Counted from the stretch's first letter, positions 18,940-28,148 are shown. The stretch is DNA of 32,000 bases from Halorhodospira halophila SL1 (GCF_000015585.1 NC_008789.1:330001-362000); one strand, 5' to 3'. Translations and numbers: made by a program. Notes: generated by a model not told the origin, from the letters alone.

Positions 18940-18968
18940 AGGGTATGAGCAGACGTATATACGGTCAA
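18940..18968 (-). promoter_or_regulatory. Putative arsB promoter with an embedded 10-bp palindrome
   Basis: On the minus strand: TTGACC (18968..18963), a 17-nt spacer, then TACCCT (18945..18940). The spacer contains the perfect palindrome CGTATATACG (18954..18963). This is an AT-rich patch in a GC-rich context. Pattern match only. Confidence 0.3.
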
Positions 18969-19025
18969 CCATATCTTGACGAGCGCGCGGCTCGATCCCT
19001 CGCGCGGCACCGCCCGGCCACCCCC

Positions 19026-19043
19026 GCCCCGTCCGGACGGGGC
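19026..19043 (-). terminator. Hairpin downstream of selO
   Basis: 18-nt perfect palindrome GCCCCGTCCGGACGGGGC located 20 nt past the selO stop on the minus strand. No U-tract follows, so terminator function is uncertain. Confidence 0.3.
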
Positions 19044-19062
19044 CAGCCCCGCAGGGTCCGCC

Positions 19063-20562
19063 TCAAGTCCCGCAGAAGGTGCGGGTCACGGCCTGCCCCG
19101 GCTCTGGGGGACGGGCCAGATCGGCGTGCTCCGGCTGATCCGAGAAGGGGTCGCCGAGCACCACCAGCAGCCGCTCCATGGGGGCGAAGTCCAGGCGCTC
19201 GGTGGCGGCGTCCACCGCCCACTGCGCCAGGTGATTGCGCAGGACGAAGGCGGGGTTGACCGCTCGCATAGCCGCACGGCGCTGGGCATCGCTGCGGCGC
19301 TCGGCCATCAGCCGCCCCCGCCAGGCCGCCAGCCAGTCGTCGGCAGCCTGTGGATCCCGGAAGCCGCCCCGGAACGGCTCATCGCCCCGGGCATCGGCGC
19401 CGTCGAGATCGCTGAGCCGGCGGAAGGTCAGGGTCCAGTCCGCCCCCTCGGCGGCCATGCGCCGGAGCAGGTCGTGGACCAGATCGTCGTCGCCGGGGCG
19501 CTCCTCGGCCAACCCGATCTTCGCCCGGAGTCCGGCGCGGTGCGCCGCCTCGAAGCGCGGCCGGTAGCCGCTCAGCGCCTCACGGGCGAGATCGACGGCG
19601 GTGTCCGGGTCGTCATCGAGCAGCGGCAGGAGGGCCTCGGCCAGGCGCGCCAGGTTCCACTCGCCGATGGCCGGCTGCTGATCGAAGGCGTAGCGGCCGA
19701 AACGGTCGATGGAGCTGTAGACGGTGGCGGGGTCGAAGGCGTCGAGGAAACCGAAGGGCCCGTAGTCGATGGTCTCGCCGGCGACGGAGAGGTTATCGGT
19801 GTTCATTACCCCGTGGATGAAGCCGATATGCATCCAGGCGGCGATCAGCTCCGCGGTGGCGGCGGCCACCGCCTCCAGTAGCGCCTGATGCGGCCGCGGC
19901 GCCTGGGCACAGTGCGGATAGTGACGGTAGAGCACGTAGTCGGCCAGCCGGCGCAGCGCGCTGCGATCACCGCGCTGGCCGAAATACTCGAAGGTGCCCA
20001 CGCGCACGTGGCTGGCCGCCACCCGGGTGAGCACGCCCCCGGGCTCCGGGCCCTGGCGCCAGACGGTCTCGCCGGTGGCCACCGCCGCCAGGGAGCGGGT
20101 GGTGGGCACCCCCAGGGCGGCCATGGCCTCGCTGGCCAGATACTCCCGGACCACCGGGCCGATGGGCGATCGCCCGTCCCCGCCCCGGGAGAAAGGCGTT
20201 CGCCCCGCCCCCTTGAGTTGAATATCCCGACGCACCCCATCGACATCGATCAGCTCGCCGAGCAGCAGCGCCCGGCCGTCGCCGAGCTGCGGGACGAAGT
20301 GTCCGAACTGGTGACCGGCGTAGGCCTGCGCGATGGGGTCGGCCCCGGCGGGGACGCGGTTGCCGGCGAAGACCGCCAGCGCCTCGGGGGTCGTCAGCCG
20401 CTCTGGATCCAGTCCGAGCTGCCGGGCCAGCGGGAGGTTGAGCTGCACCCACCGGGGGTGGCCCACCGGCGTAGGTTCGAGCCGGACGTGGAACGCTGCG
20501 GGCAACGCGGCGTAGGTGGCCTCCCAGGGGAGGCTGTCGAGCGCACTGACCGGTGGATGCAT
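19063..20562 (-). CDS. selO: Protein adenylyltransferase (AMPylase) SelO/YdiU
   Basis: I place the start at ATG 20562 (MHPPVSALDSLPWEATYAALP); the longer form uses a TTG. SelO hallmarks are present: AQAYAGHQFGHFVPQLGDGRALLLGE, DIQLKGAGRTPFSRGGDGR, HGVMNTDN. Confidence 0.9.
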   Translation of the reverse strand: MHPPVSALDSLPWEATYAALPAAFHVRLEPTPVGHPRWVQLNLPLARQLGLDPERLTTPEALAVFAGNRVPAGADPIAQAYAGHQFGHFVPQLGDGRALLLGELIDVDGVRRDIQLKGAGRTPFSRGGDGRSPIGPVVREYLASEAMAALGVPTTRSLAAVATGETVWRQGPEPGGVLTRVAASHVRVGTFEYFGQRGDRSALRRLADYVLYRHYPHCAQAPRPHQALLEAVAAATAELIAAWMHIGFIHGVMNTDNLSVAGETIDYGPFGFLDAFDPATVYSSIDRFGRYAFDQQPAIGEWNLARLAEALLPLLDDDPDTAVDLAREALSGYRPRFEAAHRAGLRAKIGLAEERPGDDDLVHDLLRRMAAEGADWTLTFRRLSDLDGADARGDEPFRGGFRDPQAADDWLAAWRGRLMAERRSDAQRRAAMRAVNPAFVLRNHLAQWAVDAATERLDFAPMERLLVVLGDPFSDQPEHADLARPPEPGQAVTRTFCGT

Positions 20563-20649
20563 GGCACAACCCCGCAATCCGCTGGCTAGAAAACCATGAT
20601 GCCGCGCTGCCCGGCCGCATTCGGCCCACGGACCATCCGGGAAAGCCGG

Positions 20650-22569
20650 CTAAGCGGCGCGCACCCGCGCCAGCAACTGCCAGAGTTCCGCCCGATCCAG
20701 GGGCTTGGTCAGGTAGGCATCACAACCGATGCGAAAACACTCCTGCTGGAAGCTGTCCAGGGCGTGGGCGGTGACCAGGGCGATGGGGGTGCGCGGCAGC
20801 CAGTCCTCGGCCTCCCGGGCGCGGATCCGGCGGGTCGCCTCGCGGCCGTCCACCTCCGGCATCTGCAGATCCATCAGCACCAGATCCGGCGACGCGCGCT
20901 GCCAGTGGCGCACCGCCTCCCGGCCATTGCCGACCACCGTCACATGGCAGCCGGCCTGCTCCAGCAGCTTCTGGAACAGCAAGGCGTTGGTCGGATCATC
21001 CTCGGCCACCAGCACCCAGAGCCCCTGCCCCACCGGCGCCTCGGTATCCACGGCCTCCTGCGGCACCGCCGCGGCCTCCGCCCGGTCCGGTTCCGCGCTC
21101 GGCAGCGTGACCGTAAAGCGGAAGGTGGTGCCCACGCCCGGGGTGCTCACCAGCTGGATGGTGCCGCCCATCAGCCGCACCAGCTCCTGGCAGATCTTCA
21201 GCCCCAGCCCGCTGCCCTCCTTGCGGGCGAGCACCGGACCGCCCTGACAGAAGGCGTCGAAGATCCGGCCCTGATCCGCCTCGGGGATCCCCGGCCCGGT
21301 ATCGGCCACCGTGAACATCAGACGCCCGCAGGTGCTGCGCGCGCCATCGACGCGGATCGAGCCGGTCTCGGTGAACTTCAGGGCGTTGCTGACCAGGTTG
21401 TAGAGAACCTGCCCGAAGCGTACCGGATCGCCGCGCACCCAGCCGGGCATGTCCGGTTCCAGCGACCAGATCAGCGATAGGCCTTTTTCTTCGGCCATGG
21501 GCTGAAGCAGACCGATCTGCGTGGTCAGGAACGCCGGCAGGTTGAAACGCTCGTCGCGCAGCTCCACGCGACCGGCCTCCAGACGCGAGAGCTCGAGGAC
21601 GGTATCGATGAGCCCGAGCAGGGTCTGACTGGCGCTGCGGCACAGCCCGACGTGATGGCGCTGCTCGGTATCGAGCTCGGAGCGGGCCAGCAGGTCGGTA
21701 AAACCGACGATGGCGTTGAGCGGCGTGCGCAGGTCGTGACTGATCGCCGCCAGGAAGATATTGCGATCCGCCTCGGCGCGCTGACGATCCACCTCCAACG
21801 CCCGACGCTCGCTGATATCCCGCATCACCCCGACGGCGTGCCAGCGCCCGTCGAGCTGCAGCGGCGAGACCGAGAGCTCCAGCGGTACCTCGTGGCCATC
21901 CCGGTGGAGCGCCTCGATCTCGGTGCGCTGATCGATCACCGCCCCACCCCCGCAGACCCGGAAGCGGCGCATCCCCGTCCGCGCCGAGGTCCGGTAACGG
22001 CTCGGCGCCACCTGTTCGTGGAAGGGGCTGCCGACCAGCTCCCCGGCCTCGTAGCCGAGCAGCGCCTCGAAGGCGGCGTTGCAGTAGACCAGGCGGTCGT
22101 CATCGTCGATCAGCACAATGGCGTCCCGGGCCGCCGCAGCGATCGCCTTTACCTTGGCCTCGGCGCCCTGCCGGGCCTGCTCCAGACGCCGCTGCTCGGT
22201 GATGTCCTCAAGGATGTGGACCGAGCAGCGGTAGCTGCCATCCGCCTCGCGCACCGTGTAGGAGCGCGAACGGAAGATCTCGCCACTCGGCAACTCGATC
22301 TCCTCGCTGGACTCGACGCCATCCCCGGCCTGGGGGGATCCGGCGCCGAGCTGCTCCATGGCCCGGCGGCACGCCGGCAGGGGGCCGTCACCACGGGGGA
22401 AGACCTCCCAATAGGGCCGGCCGATGACCTCTTCCTCAGTCGAGGCGCCGGCCCACTCCAGGTAGGCGCGATTGGCCCGCAGGATGCGGTAGTCGCCATC
22501 GTGCAGGAAGACCAGGCTGTGGACGGCGTTGATCGCGTCGTCCCAACCGTAGCGGGAAGGCTCCGTCAC
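20650..22569 (-). CDS. PAS-PAS hybrid sensor histidine kinase/response regulator
   Basis: 639 aa with a GTG start and a GGAGGAG SD. It has two PAS-like regions, an H-box (AISHDLRTPLNAIVGF), an HATPase region (DTGPGIP..GSGLGL) and a C-terminal receiver (VLVAEDDP...DLVLMDLQMPEVDG...KP). Confidence 0.9.
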   Translation of the reverse strand: MTEPSRYGWDDAINAVHSLVFLHDGDYRILRANRAYLEWAGASTEEEVIGRPYWEVFPRGDGPLPACRRAMEQLGAGSPQAGDGVESSEEIELPSGEIFRSRSYTVREADGSYRCSVHILEDITEQRRLEQARQGAEAKVKAIAAAARDAIVLIDDDDRLVYCNAAFEALLGYEAGELVGSPFHEQVAPSRYRTSARTGMRRFRVCGGGAVIDQRTEIEALHRDGHEVPLELSVSPLQLDGRWHAVGVMRDISERRALEVDRQRAEADRNIFLAAISHDLRTPLNAIVGFTDLLARSELDTEQRHHVGLCRSASQTLLGLIDTVLELSRLEAGRVELRDERFNLPAFLTTQIGLLQPMAEEKGLSLIWSLEPDMPGWVRGDPVRFGQVLYNLVSNALKFTETGSIRVDGARSTCGRLMFTVADTGPGIPEADQGRIFDAFCQGGPVLARKEGSGLGLKICQELVRLMGGTIQLVSTPGVGTTFRFTVTLPSAEPDRAEAAAVPQEAVDTEAPVGQGLWVLVAEDDPTNALLFQKLLEQAGCHVTVVGNGREAVRHWQRASPDLVLMDLQMPEVDGREATRRIRAREAEDWLPRTPIALVTAHALDSFQQECFRIGCDAYLTKPLDRAELWQLLARVRAA

Positions 22570-22814
22570 TCGCTCCTCCGTGCGGCGCCTCCATGCACCC
22601 CGGCAGCAAACATTGGTGGTTTCATGATACCTTAAGTACCCGCACGATGCCCGAGGCTTTCTGCACGCGAACTCGGGCCAGCGGCGCCAGGCGGTGGACG
22701 CGTGGGCGGCACTGGCTTAACTTGGATACGGTCAAGGAAATCCCACGGCAAGCAGGGAAGGCGCGTCTCCCCCCTCGCGCGGCTGCCACGGGCGTTCAGG
22801 AACGGGTATTTTGG

Positions 22815-24179
22815 ATGGCGTCAGAAGAGAGCCGCGCAGACAAGGAAAGCTCGAACCAACTGATCCGCCGGGCGCTGGAGGAACTCGACCGAGCCTTCAC
22901 TGGCCCACCGGTTGCCGAGCCGGAGGACCAGCAGCTGAGACTGGCGCTGCCCGCGCTGGTGCTCGCCACGGAAGTGGCCGCCATCGCCGTGCTCGACGGC
23001 CAAGGCGGCATCGTCTTCGCCAGCCCCCAGGCGCGCAAGCTGCTCGGGCTCGACCAGACCGCCACGCCGGAAGACGGCCACGCCCCGGCACCGCCGGCCG
23101 AGATCCTCGCCTTCCGCCTGGTGGCCATCACCGGCACCCCCCTGTCCGACGCCCGTTGCGAGATCGCCGTCGGGGGCGAAGAGCGGCACGTCCTGTCGAT
23201 CAACGCCGCACCGCTGCCGGGGGATGGTGGCGACACCGCGCTGGTCGCCCTGGCCATGACCGACCTCACCGAGCAGTACGACTACTACGAGCGCGCCCTG
23301 CGCGAGAGCGAGCAGCGCCTGAAGCTGGCCACCGAGGCCGCCGGGCTGGGGGTGTGGGAATACGACGCCATCACCGACACCTACCACTGGGACGAGCGCA
23401 TGATGGCCATCTACGGCCTGGAGGAATCCCAGCGCCCGGTCACCTACCGCGACTGGGTGGCCCTGCTCGACCCTGAGCACCACGACCGCCTGGAGGCGCT
23501 CACCCGCCGCGAACCCACTTACGGCGAACGGCGCGAGGTGGAGTTCCGCATCCAGCGCCCGGACGGCCGGACCCGCGATATCCGCGCCGTCTGGCAGCGC
23601 ATCGACGACGAGCACGGGCGCATCCAGCGCCTGGTGGGCATCAACGAGGACATCACCGAACAGCGCGAGCTGCACAGCGAGCTGGAGTACCGGGCCGCCC
23701 ACGACCCGCTCACCGACCTGTTCAACCGGGCCAAGATCCAGCAGCTGCTGCGCGCCGCCCAGGCCGCCTACATCCGCCACCACACGCCCTTCGCAGTACT
23801 GCTGTTCGACGTGGACCACTTCAAGCAGGTCAACGACCGCTTCGGCCACGCCACCGGCGACGCGGTCCTCTGGCTCATGGCCCGGCGCATCGAATCGGTG
23901 CTGCGTGAGACCGACCACATGGGCCGCTGGGGCGGCGAAGAGTTCCTGATCCTGGCCAGCCAGACCGATGAGGCCGGCGCCGAGGTGCTCGCCGAGCGCA
24001 TCCGGCACCAGGTCGAGACCACCGCCTTCGAGGGCGTGGGCACGGTGACCATCAGCCTCGGGGTGGCGGCGGCCGAACCCGGCACCAGCCTGGAGTCGCT
24101 GGAGCAGCGCGCCGACCGGGCCCTCTACGCGGCCAAACACCGCGGCCGCAATCGGACGGTCCGCTACTCCCAGCTGTAG
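22815..24179 (+). CDS. PAS domain-containing diguanylate cyclase (GGEEF with an RxxD I-site)
   Basis: I place the start at ATG 22815 (MASEESRADKE...). The 74-codon upstream extension in the ORF track looks non-coding. It has PAS regions followed by GGDEF (LFDVDHFKQVNDRFGHATGD, RETDHMGRWGGEEF). Confidence 0.88.
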   Translation: MASEESRADKESSNQLIRRALEELDRAFTGPPVAEPEDQQLRLALPALVLATEVAAIAVLDGQGGIVFASPQARKLLGLDQTATPEDGHAPAPPAEILAFRLVAITGTPLSDARCEIAVGGEERHVLSINAAPLPGDGGDTALVALAMTDLTEQYDYYERALRESEQRLKLATEAAGLGVWEYDAITDTYHWDERMMAIYGLEESQRPVTYRDWVALLDPEHHDRLEALTRREPTYGERREVEFRIQRPDGRTRDIRAVWQRIDDEHGRIQRLVGINEDITEQRELHSELEYRAAHDPLTDLFNRAKIQQLLRAAQAAYIRHHTPFAVLLFDVDHFKQVNDRFGHATGDAVLWLMARRIESVLRETDHMGRWGGEEFLILASQTDEAGAEVLAERIRHQVETTAFEGVGTVTISLGVAAAEPGTSLESLEQRADRALYAAKHRGRNRTVRYSQL

Positions 24180-24190
24180 GAGTCCCCGCC

Positions 24191-25309
24191 ATGGACATTC
24201 AGGCCCTCCTCGCCCAGGCCGTCGCCCGCCAGGCCTCGGACCTGTTCATCACCGTGGGCAGCCCGCCGGCGCTGAAGATCGACGGCGCCCTGACCCCGCT
24301 GACCGACCAACCGCCCCTCTCCTCCGAGGCGGTCAACGCCCTGGTGGCGGCGACCCTCAACGACACCCAGCAGACGGCCCTGGCGCAGACCCGCGAGGCG
24401 AACTTCGCCATCGTCCTCGACGACGGGACACGGTTTCGGGTCAGCGCCTTCTACCAGCGCGGCGAGCCGGGGCTGGTCATCCGCCGCATCGAGACGCAGA
24501 TCCCCACCCTGGAGGAGCTGGCCCTGCCCGGGATCCTCGGCGAGCTGGCCGGGCGCAAGCGCGGGCTGATCCTCTTCGTCGGCGGCACCGGCACGGGCAA
24601 GTCCACCTCCCTGGCGGCGATGATCGGCGCCCGCAACACCCACCACCCGGGGCACATCCTCACCATCGAGGACCCGGTGGAGTTCATCCACCCTCACCGG
24701 CGCAGCATCGTCACCCAGCGCGAGGTGGGCGTGGACACCGACAGCTTCGAGACCGCCCTGAAGAACGCCCTGCGCCAGGCGCCGGACGTGGTGCTCATCG
24801 GCGAGGTGCGCTCCCGCGAGGTGATGGACTACGCCGTCGCCTTCGCCGAGACCGGCCACCTGACCCTGGCCACCCTCCACGCCAACAACGCCAACCAGGC
24901 CCTGGACCGGATCATCAACTTCTTCCCCAGCGACCGGCGCGAGCAACTGCTCATGGACCTGTCGCTGAACCTGCAGGCCATCGTGGCGCAGCAGCTGATC
25001 CCCGCCGCCGACGGCCGTGGCCGCGTCGCCGCCCTGGAGGTCCTGCTCAACACGCCGCTGATCCAGGAGCGCATCCGCAACGGCGCCATTCACGAACTCA
25101 AGGCGACCATGGCGCAGTCGGAAGAGCCCGGCATGCAGACCTTCGACCACCACCTCTTCGAGCTCTACAGCGCCGGACGGATCCGCTACGAGGACGCCCT
25201 CGCCCACGCCGACTCGGCCAACGAGGTGCGGCTGCGGGTGAAGCTGGAGGGGGAGGATCCCACGGGGCCGGAGTCGGACGACGGGCCGGGGCTGCGGCTG
25301 CGGGATTGA
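24191..25309 (+). CDS. pilU: Type IV pilus ATPase PilU
   Basis: 372 aa, near-collinear with P. aeruginosa PilU as I recall it (SDLFITVG.PP..K..G, RFRVSAFYQR, GGTGTGKSTSLAAMIG, HANNANQALDRIINFFP, YEDALAHADSAN). An AGGAG SD overlaps the stop codon of the upstream GGDEF gene. Confidence 0.93.
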   Translation: MDIQALLAQAVARQASDLFITVGSPPALKIDGALTPLTDQPPLSSEAVNALVAATLNDTQQTALAQTREANFAIVLDDGTRFRVSAFYQRGEPGLVIRRIETQIPTLEELALPGILGELAGRKRGLILFVGGTGTGKSTSLAAMIGARNTHHPGHILTIEDPVEFIHPHRRSIVTQREVGVDTDSFETALKNALRQAPDVVLIGEVRSREVMDYAVAFAETGHLTLATLHANNANQALDRIINFFPSDRREQLLMDLSLNLQAIVAQQLIPAADGRGRVAALEVLLNTPLIQERIRNGAIHELKATMAQSEEPGMQTFDHHLFELYSAGRIRYEDALAHADSANEVRLRVKLEGEDPTGPESDDGPGLRLRD

Positions 25310-25393
25310 TGCCAGCGGGGGCACGGCGGCGGGGCCGAAAGGCCACACCGCCACGCCGACACTGCGCGAACAGGATCCGTGGGGTGAACTCAG

Positions 25394-25425
25394 GCCGGAG
25401 CCCGCCGAGGATATCGGGCTCCGGC
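25394..25425. terminator. Hairpin between convergent pilU and the lipoprotein gene
   Basis: GCCGGAGCCC (25394..25403) pairs with GGGCTCCGGC (25416..25425), giving a 10-bp stem and a 12-nt loop. There is no clear U-tract on either side. Confidence 0.4.
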
Positions 25426-25451
25426 GCTGATCGACGGCTTCTGCTACACCC

Positions 25452-27407
25452 TTACGGGTCGGGGCTCTTCACGGAGATGGAGCGGCTCCGCTGCACCGGC
25501 CAGCAGGCCTCGCCGGGCGTCTCCACTTCGATGACCACCGGCCACCCATCCTCGAGCCCATCCGGCAGCGGCCTGAGCGTGAAGGTGAACTCATCCACGC
25601 CCTCTTCCCCACTCCAGTCGTCCGCTGACGAATCCTGGTTGGTGCTGCCGACGGTCAAGCTCCGGGGCCCCAGGACCAGATCGACATCAAAGTCCTCGTC
25701 GATCCTGCTCTGATAGACGGTGGCATCGATGCGGACCTCCGTGCCGGCCGGGAGCGGTTGGTCATTGCCATCACGGACGACGAAGGTTACATCATTGGCA
25801 CCGTCTTCGAGGACGACATCCTCATCGCTCTCTGGCTCGATCCTGAACGGCAGACGACCCGACATCACCAGGACCGTCTGCGCACCGATACCCGCGAAGT
25901 CCTCACCACACCCAACCTCTGGAACACTCTCTAGCTCATCCTCTTTGCAGAGGAGGCCATCAAACTTTTGGTTCGGCCCTGTCCAGGTCCCGCTGTTGCT
26001 CTCCTCAAAGTCGTACCCCTCGGATGCGAGGCTGCTGCCATCGAAGTCGAAGAAGATCCCATCCACCCCGGGGGTGAACTCTTCAGAGGCGTAGTCCATG
26101 GGTTCATCGAACCACTGCTCGTGATCGTCGCGGAACGGCTCACCGGTATCGGCCCAGATCTGGTTCTTGTCCTTGTCGTCGTCGTCCCTCGCATCCACCC
26201 AGGCCTCTGCCTCGGCCCGACCAAATCGGCCGTCCCCCGTGTGGTCGAGGAAACTCTCCTCGCCAATCGCGTAGGCCAGAATGGTCGTGCGTCCGGTCTC
26301 CGGACGCGGGTTTTGGCTTCGCCACTCGACGGTGCACACCCCATCCTCTGTCTGGCAGCTCGGCTCGATGGCGCCACCCTGGGTGGAAAAGTTGATGGTC
26401 GTCCCGTCGATCACCGGGTTTGAGAACCGGTCACGGGCACGAACGGTGATTTCGACGACTTCACCGTCACAACTCCACGCATCGGCGTTCAGACGCTCGG
26501 CAGAGAGCGACAGGCCCTCCTCCGTGGGGATCCCCGTGCTGACCCAGAGCCGCTCAGACTGACCCGCGATATTGGGATTGCCCTGGACACGCCCAGTCAC
26601 ACGGACCGGCGTCGCAACCGTGCCCGCCAGAACCTGGGCCGATACTCGCCCCTCTTCGTCGGTGCGCGCGCTGGTCCGATCGAGCTCCAGCCCTCCCGTC
26701 TTGGGCGTCACCTCGAACTCGATCCGTTCGCCCTCGATGGGATCGCCGTACACGTCCAGCAGCTGGAAGCGAACGTTGGAGGTGGTTTCCCGCACCCCGG
26801 CCATCCCTTCCAGACCGATGTGCTCCGGATCCGCTTCCTCGAAAACCAGTGACCCGATATTGAGGATCCGCAGGTCCGCCGAGGCCTGGATCGTCTCATC
26901 GGTCAACTCCACCTCGGCGCGGATGGTATCGCTCTCCGCACACCCTTGCGCGGTGTAATCGGTCTGCGCGACCCCATCGATGACCTCCACGCGGCTCTGG
27001 CTGAACGCAGCCTCCTCCGCCTCGACACAGTCCGAGGTGAACCGCACCTGGACGTTGTCATCTTCGCCGACCGGATCAACATCCTCATCGACCACGACCG
27101 CCTCGACCGAGGTCGTCCCACTGGGGCCGATGCCGTCCAGGCCGAAGGTCAGCGAACCCGATTCAAACTCACCACCGTCACCCCACGCGCCGATTTGCAG
27201 CGCTTTATCGGACGGCTCGGAGGGCGGCAGTGGATCATCATCACCGTCGTCTTCGTCACCGTTCTCCCCCGACTCCTCCTGGGTCTCCGAACTCGCATCA
27301 TCGTCGTCATCGCTGTCACTGATACAACCGGCCGTCAGGAAGGCGGCCAGGATCAGTGCCAGCCAGCAGACGCGGGGGATGGGACTGCTCACCTTGAGAA
27401 CCTCCAT
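25452..27407 (-). CDS. Acidic lipoprotein with tandem bacterial Ig-like (Big_1, invasin/intimin-type) domains
   Basis: 651 aa with an AGGGAG SD. Lipobox LTAGC with Ile at +2, then a linker of about 50 aa rich in D/E/S/G. At least three Big_1-like units are visible (VRFQLLDVYGDPIEGERIEFEVTP...EEGRVSAQVLAGTVATPVRVTGRV; VEITVRARDRFSNPVIDGTTINFSTQGGAIEPSCQTEDGVCTVEW). The C-terminal half is acidic. Confidence 0.8.
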   Translation of the reverse strand: MEVLKVSSPIPRVCWLALILAAFLTAGCISDSDDDDDASSETQEESGENGDEDDGDDDPLPPSEPSDKALQIGAWGDGGEFESGSLTFGLDGIGPSGTTSVEAVVVDEDVDPVGEDDNVQVRFTSDCVEAEEAAFSQSRVEVIDGVAQTDYTAQGCAESDTIRAEVELTDETIQASADLRILNIGSLVFEEADPEHIGLEGMAGVRETTSNVRFQLLDVYGDPIEGERIEFEVTPKTGGLELDRTSARTDEEGRVSAQVLAGTVATPVRVTGRVQGNPNIAGQSERLWVSTGIPTEEGLSLSAERLNADAWSCDGEVVEITVRARDRFSNPVIDGTTINFSTQGGAIEPSCQTEDGVCTVEWRSQNPRPETGRTTILAYAIGEESFLDHTGDGRFGRAEAEAWVDARDDDDKDKNQIWADTGEPFRDDHEQWFDEPMDYASEEFTPGVDGIFFDFDGSSLASEGYDFEESNSGTWTGPNQKFDGLLCKEDELESVPEVGCGEDFAGIGAQTVLVMSGRLPFRIEPESDEDVVLEDGANDVTFVVRDGNDQPLPAGTEVRIDATVYQSRIDEDFDVDLVLGPRSLTVGSTNQDSSADDWSGEEGVDEFTFTLRPLPDGLEDGWPVVIEVETPGEACWPVQRSRSISVKSPDP

Positions 27408-27433
27408 GGTTCATTGCTCCCTGCGCAATCGAC

Positions 27434-28048
27434 TCAGTAGCGGTAGCGCATGCCGACGGCGGCGCTGCGTTCGTCCGAAAGCCATTCGCCGCGGGCGAAG
27501 AGCGCGAAACCGGCCTCGGCGGGCGCGGCGCTGAGCTCCAGGCGCCCGCCGGCCTGCGGGTCCGCATCGGAATCGGTTGGGTAGGCGACAACGGCCCGCA
27601 TGTCAGTTCTCAGGCGCGCCTGAGTCTCCTGCCAGGCTCGCGACCAGGCCCGGAGCCCGAACTCCACGGTGACGTCGGCGCGATCACTCCCCCAAGGCAG
27701 CTGCTGGTCGTGATCCAGGTAACGTCCACCGACCTCACCAATCATGGCGATATCTTCCGTCCAGGGCTGGATCAGGCCGAGCCCGACCGCGCCCCGCACT
27801 GCCTCGGTGTCCGCCCCCTGGCCCTCGTAGCCCTCGATAGCCCCGCGGGCCAGCAGCCAGCCCCAGTTGACTTCCAACTCGCCGCCGATGCCGATGAGAT
27901 CGTCATCCAGCGGATCGATATCCATCCAGGCGCCGTAAACGCCGATGTCCAAAGTGGGCTGATGGGACAGATGGGCATGCACCGCTGAGGAGGTGGCTGC
28001 CAGTGGGATCAGCGCTGCGGTTAGCACGGAGAGACGCAGGCCTCGCAT
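27434..28048 (-). CDS. Small outer-membrane beta-barrel protein
   Basis: I place the start at ATG 28048 (MRGLRLSVLTAALIPLAATSSAVHA), which has an AAGGAG SD 7 nt upstream. The sequence shows alternating strand patterns and an aromatic C-terminus (VGMRYRY). It ends 26 nt upstream of the Big_1 lipoprotein gene. Confidence 0.7.
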   Translation of the reverse strand: MRGLRLSVLTAALIPLAATSSAVHAHLSHQPTLDIGVYGAWMDIDPLDDDLIGIGGELEVNWGWLLARGAIEGYEGQGADTEAVRGAVGLGLIQPWTEDIAMIGEVGGRYLDHDQQLPWGSDRADVTVEFGLRAWSRAWQETQARLRTDMRAVVAYPTDSDADPQAGGRLELSAAPAEAGFALFARGEWLSDERSAAVGMRYRY

Positions 28049-28080
28049 GGCGAAGCTCCTTTTCACCGGTTTAGGTGTGA

Positions 28081-28089
28081 ATTTTATCA
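28081..28089 (-). promoter_or_regulatory. Putative extended -10 element for the OMP/lipoprotein operon
   Basis: TGATAAAAT on the minus strand (TGn plus TAAAAT), 32 nt upstream of the ATG at 28048. There is no good -35. Pattern match only. Confidence 0.3.
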
Positions 28090-28148
28090 GATTCCCCCAC
28101 TCCACCGCCGCGCCTTATTGCCGCAGCTCATCCCGTCTCAGCTTCTGC

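Noticed and set aside
22593-22814. A 74-codon N-terminal extension of the GGDEF ORF (MHPGSKHWWFHDTL...).
   Set aside because: The extension covers the lower-GC divergent intergenic region, has non-protein-like composition and has no SD. The ATG at 22815 gives a sensible N-terminus. It is treated as promoter and 5' UTR.
22570-22814. A possible c-di-GMP (GEMM-I) riboswitch upstream of the GGDEF-pilU operon, prompted by a GGCAAGC element.
   Set aside because: I could not find the paired ACGCAAAGC-type second half or the two tetraloop/receptor hairpins. Only a weak 6-bp inverted repeat is present (CCCGAG...CTCGGG). A covariance-model scan (Rfam RF01051, RF01786) would settle it.
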